Shown piece by piece: positions 20,652 through 31,521 of a stretch of 32,000 nt of DNA. Where the stretch lies: contig NZ_CP046577.1 of assembly GCF_013365435.1 (NCBI RefSeq), positions 150,001-182,000 of the forward strand, given 5' to 3'. Made by a program: the position numbers and the translations under genes. The stretch's first letter is position 1; every line of letters starts with the position of its first letter. The stretch is from Wolbachia endosymbiont of Litomosoides sigmodontis (GTDB lineage: Bacteria > Pseudomonadota > Alphaproteobacteria > Rickettsiales > Anaplasmataceae). The notes under the pieces were generated by a model. The model saw only the letters and a program-made list of their open reading frames with translations, was not told the DNA's origin and did not search any database.

Positions 20652-22151
20652 ATGAACTTTAAATCAGTTATTTTATGTATACTAGATGGTTGGGGAATAG
20701 GAGATAGTAAATACAATGCCATTAGCAACGCAAATCCACCCTGTTGGCAATATATTAGCTCTAATTATCCAAAGTGCAGTTTATCTGCTTGTGGAACTGA
20801 TGTTGGATTACCAGATGGTCAGATGGGCAACTCGGAAGTTGGCCATATGAACATTTGTAGTGGTAGAGTGGTAATGCAAAGTCTGCAACGTATTAATCAA
20901 GAAATTGAAACAATAGAGAACAATGCTAATTTACAAAGTTTTATTAGTGATCTAAAGGATAAGAATGGCGTGTGTCACATAATGGGATTGGTTTCAGATG
21001 GTGGTGTTCATTCGCATCAAAAACATATGTCAATTCTAGCAAATAAAATATCACAGCATAAGATCAAAGTGGTAATACATGCATTTTTAGATGGCAGAGA
21101 TACACTGCCAAATTCAGGAAAAAAGTGCATTCAAGAATTTGAAGAGAATATAAAGGGCAATAACATAGAAATTGTTACTGTCTCTGGGCGTTACTATGCT
21201 ATGGATCGAGATAATAGGTGGGAAAGAACAATAGAAGCTTACGAAGCTATCGCATTTGCAAAGGCAACATATCACAATAGTGTAATGTCGTTGATTGACA
21301 GTAATTATCAAAACAATATACCTGATGAGTTTATTAAGCCTGCAGTAATAGGTGGTTACAAAGGCATAGAAGCAAAAGACGGGGTATTATTAGCCAACTT
21401 TCGTGCTGATCGAATGATACAGTTGACAAGTGTTTTGCTAGGCAAAACAGGTTATACTAAGATAGCAAAATTTTCTTCAATTTTAAGTATGGTGAAATAT
21501 AAGGAAAACTTTCAGATTCCTTGTCTTTTTGCCCCTACATCTTTTACTAACACTTTAGGAGAGACAATAGCAGATAATAAATTGCGGCAATTACGTATTG
21601 CTGAAACTGAGAAATATGCTCATGTGACTTTTTTCTTCAATTGTGGTAAAGAAGAGCCTTTCTTCAATGAAGAAAGAATACTTATTCCTTCACCAAAAGT
21701 TAAAACTTATGACCTGCAACCCGAAATGTCAGCTTTTGAACTTACAGAAAAACTTGTAGAAAAAATTTGTTCCCAAGAATTTGCGCTAATAGTTGTAAAT
21801 TATGCTAATCCAGATATAATAGGGCACACAGGGAACATGAAAGCAGCTAAAAAAGCTGTACTAGCTGTTGATGATTGCCTTGCAAAAATATTAAATGCTG
21901 TTAAGGAAGTAAATGATGCTGCGTTAATTATTACTGCAGATCATGGAAATGTGGAATGTATGTTTGATAAAGAAAGTAATACACCTCACACAGCACACAC
22001 TCTAAATAAAGTTCCATTTATTGTATACTCTAATTCTCGTAACAACCTAAAGTTGAAAGATGGAAGATTATCTGATATTGCTCCTACTATTTTACAGTTA
22101 CTTGGAATTAAGAAACCAAATGAAATGACAGGTGATTCATTGATTGTATAA
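20652..22151 (+). CDS. gpmI: 2,3-bisphosphoglycerate-independent phosphoglycerate mutase
   Basis: 499-aa ORF. Motifs are [29 protein letters not shown] and ADHGN. Confidence 0.93.
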   Translation: MNFKSVILCILDGWGIGDSKYNAISNANPPCWQYISSNYPKCSLSACGTDVGLPDGQMGNSEVGHMNICSGRVVMQSLQRINQEIETIENNANLQSFISDLKDKNGVCHIMGLVSDGGVHSHQKHMSILANKISQHKIKVVIHAFLDGRDTLPNSGKKCIQEFEENIKGNNIEIVTVSGRYYAMDRDNRWERTIEAYEAIAFAKATYHNSVMSLIDSNYQNNIPDEFIKPAVIGGYKGIEAKDGVLLANFRADRMIQLTSVLLGKTGYTKIAKFSSILSMVKYKENFQIPCLFAPTSFTNTLGETIADNKLRQLRIAETEKYAHVTFFFNCGKEEPFFNEERILIPSPKVKTYDLQPEMSAFELTEKLVEKICSQEFALIVVNYANPDIIGHTGNMKAAKKAVLAVDDCLAKILNAVKEVNDAALIITADHGNVECMFDKESNTPHTAHTLNKVPFIVYSNSRNNLKLKDGRLSDIAPTILQLLGIKKPNEMTGDSLIV

Positions 22152-22742
22152 TAGTATCTATTCAGCTAAGCGGTGTAAGAGACGGTAAAATAGGTGATTG
22201 TGAAAAGATTTAGTCTCTTTTGTTTTAACATGTTAAGTGGAATAAAATTATTCGTTCGAAAAATGTATTTACTCTTTCCGATTGTGCAAAATATGAGTTT
22301 TTGTGATAAGCGACATAATGCCGTATTTGCTATTCAACATAGTTGTTCGTCAGTGAAATATTTTTTGGTTATCCAAAAAGTTCCACCTTATCCTTTAATA
22401 ATGTAATTAGTGTTACTGACTCTTTACTTTAAAAAAGTGATATTTGGTGATGTCTTGAATGCTTTATAAGCACGTTTCAGCTTGTATAGGTGAGAGCTTG
22501 AAATTTTATAAAGGGGGCATAATACGGTGTACATAGTCCAAGTAATTAGGCAATAGTGTGCCAGATATAAAATCTTTTTATCATTTAATCTGCGCAGATT
22601 AGGAAGTTGTATAAAGTAACTTACTGCTGATTAAGAGAGCCGACAAGATGTGTTAAGTAATTTTTTATATTCCTATAAGCTACTTGAATCTTGGTTTATT
22701 TAATTATGCTGTTTGTGCAGTTGTTGCTGATAGCTTATAATA

Positions 22743-23639
22743 TCAATGTTTAATTATCTTGTTGTCTGCGCATTCATCATGTTCAATCTCAACTGTGGAG
22801 TGCGCTATTTCAAACTTATCTAGTAGTATTTTTTTTATTTCATACAAAATATTAGTGTGTTGTGCATTTTCCTTTACCTTGGCATGCATAGTAATTATAA
22901 AATAATTATCAGAAAGTGACCACGCATGTATATGATGTACATCTACCACTTCAGGTAATTCAGATATGATTTTACTTTTTATCTCTTCAGCAGATATACC
23001 GTCAGGTGTACCTTCAAGGAGGATATGATAAGAATTCTTTAGAATTTTATAGCCGCTATTTAGGATTAGCACACTAACAAATATTGATAAAATTGGATCC
23101 ACTATTTGCCATCCGGTAAGCATAATAATTATGGATGCGAGTATAGCAGCTATAGAACCTAAAATATCTCCTATCACGTGCAGTACAGCACTCCTTATGT
23201 TTATATTACTTTCGCATTTGTTATGTAGTATGAAAAAGACTGAGATATTAGCAATCAGCCCAAGTGTGGCTATTATTAACATTATTTTCCACTCAATATT
23301 GACTGGAAAAATAGATCTCTTTACCGATTCAATTATAATGATCATTGCAATGAGGAATAAAGTTAAACCGTTAACAAAAGCTGCAATTATCTGCAATCTA
23401 TGATATCCGTATGACCTTTGCAAATCTGATTTCTTGGCTGAAAATTTATGTGCTATCCAGCTTAAAACCAAGGCAAAGAGGTCAGTAAGCATATGTCCTG
23501 CATCTGATAGCAGAGCTAATGAACGTGAGATTATTCCACCTGCTATTTCTGTAAACATTGTTATTGCAACTATTATTATGGAATAGATTAAGCGCTTGGA
23601 CTCTGCTACTGAATGTTTGCCGTTATGTACTGCTGTCAT
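22743..23639 (-). CDS. czcD: Cation diffusion facilitator family divalent-metal efflux protein (CzcD/ZitB-like)
   Basis: Six hydrophobic helices, with the CDF metal-site motifs SDAGHMLTD (TM2) and HVIGDILGS (TM5) and a C-terminal cytoplasmic domain. I moved the start to the internal ATG at 23639 (MTAVHNGKH...) because the first 28 codons of the tracked ORF overlap tRNA-Val. Confidence 0.85.
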   Translation of the reverse strand: MTAVHNGKHSVAESKRLIYSIIIVAITMFTEIAGGIISRSLALLSDAGHMLTDLFALVLSWIAHKFSAKKSDLQRSYGYHRLQIIAAFVNGLTLFLIAMIIIIESVKRSIFPVNIEWKIMLIIATLGLIANISVFFILHNKCESNINIRSAVLHVIGDILGSIAAILASIIIMLTGWQIVDPILSIFVSVLILNSGYKILKNSYHILLEGTPDGISAEEIKSKIISELPEVVDVHHIHAWSLSDNYFIITMHAKVKENAQHTNILYEIKKILLDKFEIAHSTVEIEHDECADNKIIKH

Positions 23640-23665
23640 ATGAAATCTTTTTATGAACAAAAGCG

Positions 23666-23738
23666 TGGGTAACACTGGGCTCGAACCAGCGACCGCTTGC
23701 ACGTCAAGCAAGTGCTCTACCAACTGAGCTAATTACCC
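23666..23738 (-). tRNA. tRNA-Val (anticodon GAC)
   Basis: The minus-strand cloverleaf has acceptor gggtaat/gttaccc, D arm gctc-agttggta-gagc, anticodon arm cttgc-ttgacgt-gcaag, and T arm gctgg-ttcgagc-ccagt. Length is 73 nt. Confidence 0.88.
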
Positions 23739-23831
23739 ATCATGTTTTTAGTATAGTGCTTCAGCAGGATAAAAGTCAATTTGCTTTTAAATTTTTGTCC
23801 TTATTGCATTATTTAATGTAATGCCAGAATT

Positions 23832-24629
23832 TATACTAATTTTCATTATTAGTAGGTCAAATGAGTGACATTGCAGAGTTATTTAATTAAGGAGTGAGAA
23901 AGGAGTAATTTAAATTTGCACAAAGAGCTCTCAAGCAAGGTAATTCATTCTATATAAACTTTGTGTTACGCAAAATATTCTATTTTTTACCACGAAGTCT
24001 CTCAATAAGATTGAGCTCTGGTAGGTATATAATCTCATATTTTTAAATACTTCTAAATTTTTTGACTTGTGCTAATTAACCCAATTCATGATAAGAAAGG
24101 CTTCTTATGTCCTTAAATATTGCTATATTTGTTCAAGAGATGAATGCATATAAGCAGTGTTGACACTCAATACAAAAACTGTAAAAACAAAAATTTTGTC
24201 TAATTAATTTCACTTTGAGCTGTATTCTCATGCCTTTTTAAAACCATCCATATTCAAGTGTGTGCTAAATTGTGATTCTTCAAAAAAGAACTTCTATTCA
24301 TGATACTTACTAATTTTATATATTACGTGTACCGTAGACTTGCTAACGTTCAAGTCCAATTTTTCTGGATTATTACTCATTTTTTAAGGTAATATTAGGA
24401 TTTTCTTGTATCCATATTTCTAACTTATTCAAATTGATTATGATTCAATCTAGTTTTTCTATAACGTTGGGGGGAGAAAAAATAATTTTTCTTCTCCTCC
24501 AAAATTTTAGGTGCTTTATCTATTAGTTTTTTTGATTTTAACGCTATTTTACTTGCTGTTCTACTTACTTCAAATGGGGCTTTTCCATTATTATCTATCC
24601 TTTTCTTAATGCAGTGAAAATTGGCATTA
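23832..24629 (-). mobile_element. Decayed IS630-family copy D (~0.8 kb, internally deleted)
   Basis: It runs from tatactaattttcattatt... to ...gcagtgaaaattggcatta. The 79-aa ORF at 24425-24664 is the N-terminal HTH-region remnant (KRIDNNGKAPFEVSRTASKIALKSKKLIDKAPKILEEKK). Confidence 0.75.
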
Positions 24630-24789
24630 GCTGTAACTAAATTATAAAGCTTTAATTGTCCCACATATTTACATATTAAATTGACTATTTGTATCTTCTA
24701 TTAAGATAGAATATGTTATTATGAAAATTTAAGCTTTTTAAAAGAGATTATGTTAAGAGTGAAACTTGTATTTAAAAATTGAATGTAAA

Positions 24790-26960
24790 ATGGGTAAAAT
24801 GTCTGAAAGTAGGATCAGAGCAAATGATGGTCAACTTGTTGAAAATGTAAAGGTCACAAATGACCATACTTTTTACAAACTCATTTATGAAAAAAAAAGC
24901 TCACAGAGATTTTTTAGTGAAGCAGTTTAATTCGCTATACTATGCTAGCTCCGAGAAGATGATAAAGAACCTTTTACTATTAAGGAAATACATGACTTCT
25001 GTGAAAAAATGGTATTCTTTCATTTATGGTAAATGAGTTGCTTATTCTTGTGCCAAAAGAGGGCATAAAATGTTACGTAGATTATGAAACAAATTCAGTA
25101 AAAATCATGATCACGGATATATTGCTGATTAGGTCAATATTAAAGACTCATATATGAAAGAGGATTTAGTCAATCATCAAAGTTATCAAGATTATATTGC
25201 GTATTATGGATTTATGTGTAAAAAAGCCCATTATCTCAAATGCTTTTGAAAAGCTCAAGGAAGCTAAACTGAGGTGCAAATAAGAGGAAGTCTCAAAAGA
25301 ATAGCTCAGTGATCCAGTGAATAAAGGATATACAGACGTAGAATATTATGTGTTATATGAGAAAATTTCTGAAGAGCTTGTATATATTGGTATGAGTGTT
25401 AATTGAATTAAGGAGATATATACTAAATATAGTATAATTCTATCTAACAGAGAGTGAGTTTAAAGGTTTAAAAAAAGTACAGGAAGAGGCAAGATCTAGC
25501 AAATATTATGAACAAAAAACAGGTTAAACATTCTAGAGTGGGATAAATCTAAACGTTGCTGATGATAATGCTGATAATGAGTTTAACCTGAATGTTGACC
25601 TATTTCGGACAAAAATTTTGAAGATCTTACTGATTTAAATAGCGATGTTATTATTAATAACGAAAGTTTCCTAAAATCATTAGAAGACATTTTGAAAATG
25701 TTTAATAAAATCTTTGAAATGAAAAAGATAATAATACATTTCTAGCACATGAAAACGTTTCTGCTTTAAACTGTTCTTTATTGAAAGAAAAGAAGGCTAC
25801 TAAAAATATTAAAGTGATGGTCATGATCCTTGTATATCGGGTAATGGTATAGCACAATCATCTGACAATAACTATATCAGTAATATATACTCTCTCATGC
25901 TTTTGAAAAAGCTGGAAGTGCTCTTAGCGGTAATAAAGGAGAGAATTATAAGGATTGCAACTACGTTATCAAGTAGAACTTGTTTATATATTAACGTTCT
26001 ATTTGATTTCTAAGTTGGATTTTGCCAAAGTTTTAATGATGGGGTTAGCAGAATACGTAATGCATCTAATAAAAGAAGAAAAACTGACTGATTTTGCAAG
26101 ACTTTTTGGTAAAGAGTATAAGAGACCTATCTTGGAGAGACAATCAAAAGAGCTATTATGATCATTATCAGATGGGAATAGCAATTATTGCAGATATAGT
26201 AGGAGAGACTTATCCTAAGTTTTATTGATAATTTACTTTATACAGCAACAGAAGATAGGAAATCCATGAATGGTCGTTTTTCTTTTAGGAAGAGGATGAA
26301 AAAGATCTACCAAAGCGGAGAAGACAAAATCCAAAAAGAGGAGTGTTTCTAATTGGGTAAAGACTTGCTCAAGTGTAGAAGATAACGCTATTAAGTCTTG
26401 CTATAGCTAATTTAGTAACAAGTAGTGGGTAATGAAAAAGACAAAACGTGGTCTTAATGAGTGGCGAGAAAGTGTTGTTCTAAAAGATGCAGTTCTAAAA
26501 TGGAAAAAAGCCGTGAGCAAGATTAAGAGAAGGAGCATAAGGCAAATGTAACCATAGATTATTATGGTGTAAAAGCATTGTATGGTAGAAAGAGCTGGTG
26601 GCGTAAAAGTAATCTGTGTTAAAGTTTTGGCACAAGTTGGCTTGGATCAGAATATAAGGATCATACATTCGTAATTCATGATGATAACGTGGAAAAGCTT
26701 GTAGAATATTACTGAAGATAAAATTCTATCAAGATAATGAAGGATGGCAATCGTTATGATTTACTTCTCTTTAATAAGAAGAGTAAGTTCATAAGTAGTA
26801 TTGCTGAAATAGACAACTTAAGATATGAGTTACTATATAGCTTAGTGAGAATATTTTTGATCGTGTGGCGGATCATATTAACCATAATTAGGCTTAATCT
26901 AACGAATATGTAAAGATTTTTGCTTGAGTAGAGTAGCATCTTTAATGCGTGTAAAGCTGC
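24790..26960 (+). pseudogene. Possible heavily eroded large gene: a 2.2-kb stretch with no long ORF
   Basis: Plus-strand reading gives many short sense-like runs broken by stops and frameshifts, such as MGKMSESRIRANDGQLVENVKVTNDHTFYKLIYEKK, KKTKRGLNEWRESVVLKDAVLKWKKAVSKIKRR and DHTFVIHDDNVEKLVEYY. A related peptide appears twice: SNAFEKLKEA near 25240 and SHAFEKAGSA near 25895. I recognise no family. Confidence 0.3.
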
Positions 26961-27010
26961 CATGTTAAATTAAATGTAAATCATTATAAAGCTATATACT
27001 TTTTTTGATA

Positions 27011-27907
27011 CTAGCAGGGTCTATAATAGTGCAGCACTGCTTTACGTATTGCCAATCCAAATTCCACCTGTTGTAAAATAACACGATCTGTTATATCGCT
27101 GCTAATTTCAATCCCTTTATTTATTGGCCCTGGGTGCATAATAATTACATTTGGTTTTGCATATAGCAACTTTTGTGAATCAAGTCCATACAAATAGAAA
27201 TATTCTCTATTTGAAGGAACAAAACAACTACTATTCATGCGCTCTTTTTGTAACCTTAGAAGCATAATTACATCAGCATCCTTTATACCATCAATTAATG
27301 AATAATGGATTGAATCTACCTCAGGAAAATGTTTGCAAATCAAAGTTGGCGGTGCAATCAAGCATATTTTTGCTCCGAACATTTTTAGCAATCTTATATT
27401 TGATCTTGCAACTCTACTGTGCAAAATATCTCCACATATAACAATTTTAAGATTTTTTATTTGCTTTTTATGACTGATGATTACAAAATAATCTGCAAGA
27501 GCCTGAGTTGGGTGTTCACTACTTCCATCACCTGCATTAATTAGTGGGCAGCTAACATAGCTAGCCAAGATATTTACAATACCGCTGTCTTTTTGCCTAA
27601 GTACTATACAGTCAGGATTCATTGCATTTAACGTTTTTATCATATCCATTAAATCTTCTCCTTTATTGATAGAAGAAAATTTTATTGGCAGAGTTACGAC
27701 GTTTGCCCCAAGACTTTTGGCTGCTATTTCAAAGGACGCAAGCGTACGTGTTGAATCTTCAAAGAATAAATTTATTACTGTTTTTTTTTCCAAAATACGG
27801 CTATTTTTAACTTCATTTTTTAGGTATTGCTCAGCTAATTCAATTATGTTTTTCACATTATTGACTGTAAGGTCTAGAACGCTTAGCAAGTCCTTTCTAT
27901 TGCTCAT
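27011..27907 (-). CDS. pyrB: Aspartate carbamoyltransferase catalytic subunit
   Basis: 298-aa ORF. Motifs are STRTLASFEIAAKSLGA (carbamoyl-phosphate site), HPTQALAD and HPGPINKG. Confidence 0.93.
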   Translation of the reverse strand: MSNRKDLLSVLDLTVNNVKNIIELAEQYLKNEVKNSRILEKKTVINLFFEDSTRTLASFEIAAKSLGANVVTLPIKFSSINKGEDLMDMIKTLNAMNPDCIVLRQKDSGIVNILASYVSCPLINAGDGSSEHPTQALADYFVIISHKKQIKNLKIVICGDILHSRVARSNIRLLKMFGAKICLIAPPTLICKHFPEVDSIHYSLIDGIKDADVIMLLRLQKERMNSSCFVPSNREYFYLYGLDSQKLLYAKPNVIIMHPGPINKGIEISSDITDRVILQQVEFGLAIRKAVLHYYRPC

Positions 27908-28045
27908 AATTTCTTTTAATACACAATTATTATTAATCTATTCTACTTTTTCATTGCTTATTTTCAATAGATCTCTTGTGTAACAGTTGTTTTAGCTATA
28001 GCCTATAGATATTGCGTTAAACAAAAGCTGGTATTAATTGATAAT

Positions 28046-28935
28046 TATACTAATTATCATTGTAAATATGTTAAATAAATAATATTATAGAGTTGTTTAA
28101 TTGCAGAGTGAGAAAGAGAGGTAATAAATTTGTACAAAGCGCTCTCAAGTAGGTCTATTGTATTATAGACTTTATTACGTAAAGTGTTCTTGTTTATATA
28201 GAACCAAAGTCTCTGAATATGATTGTGCTCAGATGAGCATGTGGTAAGTATATAATCACGATATAAGTGCCTGTAAATTTTTTGACTTATGTCAACTAGC
28301 ACAATGCATGATAAAAAAAGCTTATTATTTTCTGAAATATTGTGACCTTTGTTCGAGGAACATATTCATGCAATCACTATTGTATTTAGTTGAAATAAGC
28401 TAAAACTTTTCCCATTTCTAGGATTAACTGCCCTGTAGGGGATAAAAATTTTGTCTACCCAATGTTACTTTAACCTGTGCTCTAACGCCATTTTTAAACT
28501 ACCTGTATTCAACTTTCAGATGTATATAAGCCGTGATTCATCAAAGAAAAATAACTCTTATTCAGGATATTTACCAATAATCTCATTAAGTTTTTTTTAA
28601 CTCTTCTTGTCTACTTTTATCTTGTTCATTATGAATTGGTCTTAGCGTAATGTGCTAAAATTTCATTTTCTGCATACTGCGATGTACCGTAGCTTGCTGA
28701 CATTCACGCTAAATTTTTTCAAATTCTTATTCTCATTTCTTAAATGGTAATATTGTGGTTGCTTGTATCCATACTTTAATTTGTTTAAATTGATTCTGAT
28801 TTAATCTAGTTTTTATGATATTGAGGGGGAGTAAACAATTTTTCTTCTTTTCTAAATTTTAGGTACTTTATCCATGCAGTCAATGCTATTCTTGAAATGC
28901 AGCATATTTTTGCTTTTACACTTCCTTGTGCAAAG
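28046..28935 (-). mobile_element. IS630-family copy E, decayed and 5'-truncated
   Basis: It starts with tatactaattatcattg. The 81-aa ORF at 28057-28302 is the transposase C-terminal remnant (HIQRLWFYINKNTLRNKVYNTIDLLESALYKFI). Similarity to the other copies fades near 28935, before the transposase start region. Confidence 0.75.
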
Positions 28936-28986
28936 GGGATTTGTATAAGGGACATCGAAATCATGTAAGAGATTTTACTGCGTGCT

Positions 28987-30261
28987 TTATCCATCAATAC
29001 TGTAAAAGGTGTCTTTGTAATTGTGAGATTGAACTACAACTTGTTCAAGCGTTAAGCTACTGCATTTAGCGTCTTTGCCGTGATTATTCTTGAGAGCATT
29101 TGTTCTTTCTTGTTCTATTTTCTTAATAAATTCCTTGTTAATGCTTTCAGCGTTAATCTTTTCCTGAAAATATATGAGGTTAATACAATTTGTTTTCTTA
29201 TAATAATGTACGCCAAGACATATGGCCGAAAATGCAAATATAGCTGAACCTATGAGTAATGACAATCCTATGTTATGTTTCAAAAGGTTCTGGTAAAACT
29301 TTTTCACATTATTAACGCCATCTATTGTAAGTAGCCCTAAGGGAAAAACTATATTTGCAGCAACTATGCCAGTTAATAATGCAGTGAATAGTGGCCTATT
29401 GTTAATTACTAATTTTATTTTATTAGTTCTACTAATTGCTTTTTCGCCAATGTTAATAAAATTGTTTTTAGCTTCCCAAGCGTTAAGTTCAAAATTTGAA
29501 TGAGTGCCATTGCTATATTCCAGTCTTACAGATTTTATTATCTTGTCTTTTGGCTGGTTCTTTAACACTTTATCCAAAATTTCATTTGCATTTCCTTTTT
29601 GGATTTGATATTCCTCAGAATTTCTAAATTGCTTTATTGCACAGGATATCGAATTACTCGCAAGCAGTGAAGCAAATGCAATAACTGATGTAGTGGTATA
29701 GAGTGGGCTATTTGCAAAAGACGCGATAAATTTTGCTTTATCTTGTAAATATGCTAAAGCTACAGATGTGCATAATATAATAGCATTTGCACCAAAAATT
29801 ATAACTTCCTTTTGCTGTATGGCGTATTTTATCCGTAGCTGGACTCTGTTTATTTTCTTGCCTGAGCTGATTAAAAAAGTTGTTGAATTTGCTTCACTAT
29901 TCTTAATGTAAGAATTATCTCTCAGTGTAAAAGGAGTTAGAGGTGTATCTGAATTATTACTAGACTTGTTATTTAATAATTTTTTCCAACCTTCTGATGT
30001 TTTATTATTCCAAGTTTTGTTAAACAGCGTTCTTTCAAAAGCTGCTCTTTCCATATTTGAGCTTTGGTTATCTGTTCTACCATTTCTAATATGGTTCATT
30101 TCTTCATTATCTGGTCCTTCTTTATACAACCTTGTCTGTATACGCAGTGGCTTTGATGGCGCTGCACCCAATGTATCTGAAATAGAATTTGTTGCCACTC
30201 CAGGCGATGGTGGGTCTGTTTTTGGTGCTTCTTCTGATATTTTATCTTTAAATTCTAGCAT
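28987..30261 (-). CDS. Hypothetical integral membrane protein with two helical-hairpin-like hydrophobic pairs and a low-complexity N-terminus (orphan)
   Basis: 424-aa ORF with a strong SD (ggaggg) 5 nt upstream of the ATG. The N-terminal ~130 aa are rich in P/S/T/N. Hydrophobic segments lie at aa 153-172, 186-208, 290-312 and 331-354. I recognise no enzymatic motif. Confidence 0.75.
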   Translation of the reverse strand: MLEFKDKISEEAPKTDPPSPGVATNSISDTLGAAPSKPLRIQTRLYKEGPDNEEMNHIRNGRTDNQSSNMERAAFERTLFNKTWNNKTSEGWKKLLNNKSSNNSDTPLTPFTLRDNSYIKNSEANSTTFLISSGKKINRVQLRIKYAIQQKEVIIFGANAIILCTSVALAYLQDKAKFIASFANSPLYTTTSVIAFASLLASNSISCAIKQFRNSEEYQIQKGNANEILDKVLKNQPKDKIIKSVRLEYSNGTHSNFELNAWEAKNNFINIGEKAISRTNKIKLVINNRPLFTALLTGIVAANIVFPLGLLTIDGVNNVKKFYQNLLKHNIGLSLLIGSAIFAFSAICLGVHYYKKTNCINLIYFQEKINAESINKEFIKKIEQERTNALKNNHGKDAKCSSLTLEQVVVQSHNYKDTFYSIDG

Positions 30262-30356
30262 ACTTACCCTCCAAAATTAATTACTACTGTTGTGTTGATT
30301 ACACTATAGTTATTAAGATGTAGTAAATGCTAATTTGAGACTAATACTAGAAAAGT

Positions 30357-31151
30357 TTAATATGAGAATTGTCTTTCAAAGATTCTTTCGTCTAGAGAAT
30401 AATCCTTATCAAAGAGCAGAGTAACTGTATTTTCATGGTCTTTCTGCATTTTTATCTGTGATATGTTGTAGAACTCCTTGTAATCTGATACTATAAGTGC
30501 TGGACGATTTTGTGCGTCATTAATATCAATTTGCACAATCGTATCATTTGAGATCAGCGCTCCATCCCAATGCCTCGGGTAGTAGCTATTGATAGAGGTA
30601 AGTGCGAATAAGTTTGAGTTGAGTGGTAAAATTGGACCGCCGGCGGAGAAGTTATATGCAGTACTACCTGTGGGAGTAGATAATATTATTCCATCTCCTC
30701 TGAATTTTTCCATTTTAAATTTATTATTGATAGTAATATTCATCTCTACTATCTGATTTGCCTTTCTAAAGATGTACACTTCATTTACCGCTACATGGTG
30801 ATATTTTTTGCTACTCAGATCTGTAGCTTCCATCTTTAGCAAAGTTAACTGAGCTGAAGTTGCGTATTCTATATTATCAATCAAATCTTTGCTGCTATTG
30901 AAGCATTTATTCATCAAAAATCCAACGTTTCCAGTATTTACTCCATATACATGTATGTCTTTGTTTCCTATGATATGGTTATGCAAGGTGCGTAGCATAA
31001 AACCATCGCCACCAACAACTATTAATAGATCAATTTCAGATTTATTTTTCTCTGTTACGCTAATAAAATTAAGCTTCTGTAATAATTTAGATACTTCTTG
31101 CGATTTTGGTGGTCCAGAAGCAACATAGCCTATATTTTTATACTTATGCAT
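30357..31151 (-). CDS. nadK: NAD kinase
   Basis: 264-aa ORF. Motifs are VVGGDGFML, NTGNVGFL and STPTGSTAYNFSAGGPI. Confidence 0.92.
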   Translation of the reverse strand: MHKYKNIGYVASGPPKSQEVSKLLQKLNFISVTEKNKSEIDLLIVVGGDGFMLRTLHNHIIGNKDIHVYGVNTGNVGFLMNKCFNSSKDLIDNIEYATSAQLTLLKMEATDLSSKKYHHVAVNEVYIFRKANQIVEMNITINNKFKMEKFRGDGIILSTPTGSTAYNFSAGGPILPLNSNLFALTSINSYYPRHWDGALISNDTIVQIDINDAQNRPALIVSDYKEFYNISQIKMQKDHENTVTLLFDKDYSLDERIFERQFSY

Positions 31152-31180
31152 GCCCTAGCCTAAAACTTAAAGAGGGAAAA

Positions 31181-31393
31181 TTAGAAAATATTTCCGTACC
31201 TATCGTTAAATTTAGCTATTTTGCTAGTTTTATTTGTTGATCCACTTGTCAAACTTCCAGTCCATGCAGGGTGAGTGAGAGGATCTCTATCAAGCTTTAT
31301 CTTATCTCCCTCCTTCCCATAAGTTGAACGGGTTTCAAACTCTTGGCCATTTGTCATGACTATAGTGATTTTATGATAATCAATTTCTAACAT
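31181..31393 (-). CDS. rpmE: 50S ribosomal protein L31
   Basis: 70-aa ORF. The pattern ...ITIVMTNGQEFETRSTYGKEG..IKLDRDPLTHPAWTG matches the L31 fold pattern. It lies 29 bp upstream of nadK on the same strand. Confidence 0.8.
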   Translation of the reverse strand: MLEIDYHKITIVMTNGQEFETRSTYGKEGDKIKLDRDPLTHPAWTGSLTSGSTNKTSKIAKFNDRYGNIF

Positions 31394-31521
31394 GAGCTCT
31401 TATAAACTTTTGGTTATTTATTACTCTAGTGTATTCAATTCATTAAGTCAATTATTATTATTGAACATTGACAAAAGATAAATAAAGTAGTATTTTTAAT
31501 AAAGAATCAAGAATTATTGTT

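Noticed and set aside
22194-22406. 70-aa ORF between gpmI and the CDF gene
   Set aside because: It has a GTG start, no recognisable motif and no clear RBS. Coding cannot be supported from sequence alone.
22586-22601. Perfect 16-bp palindrome taatctgcgcagatta between the convergent gpmI and CDF genes
   Set aside because: It could be a small bidirectional terminator or a protein-binding site. However, the stem is only 6 AT-rich bp, there is no flanking T-tract, and it occurs once in the window, so the evidence is insufficient.
23640-23723. N-terminal 28 codons of the tracked 326-aa ORF (MVEHLLDVQAVAGSSPVLPTLLFIKRFH)
   Set aside because: This stretch is the translation of tRNA-Val on the same strand, so I moved the CDF gene start to the ATG at 23639.
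24425-24664. 79-aa ORF; also the 81-aa ORF at 28057-28302 and the 63-aa ORF at 28806-28997
   Set aside because: These are surviving pieces of the IS630-type transposase: an N-terminal HTH region, a C-terminal LRNKVY tail, and a junction chimera. They are too short to be functional and are reported within the mobile-element features instead.
25955-26184. 68-aa (+) and 61-aa (-) mutually overlapping ORFs; also the 69-aa ORF at 26754-26963
   Set aside because: They sit within the eroded 2.3-kb stretch and have no start context or motif. I treat them as fragments of a pseudogene or as chance ORFs.
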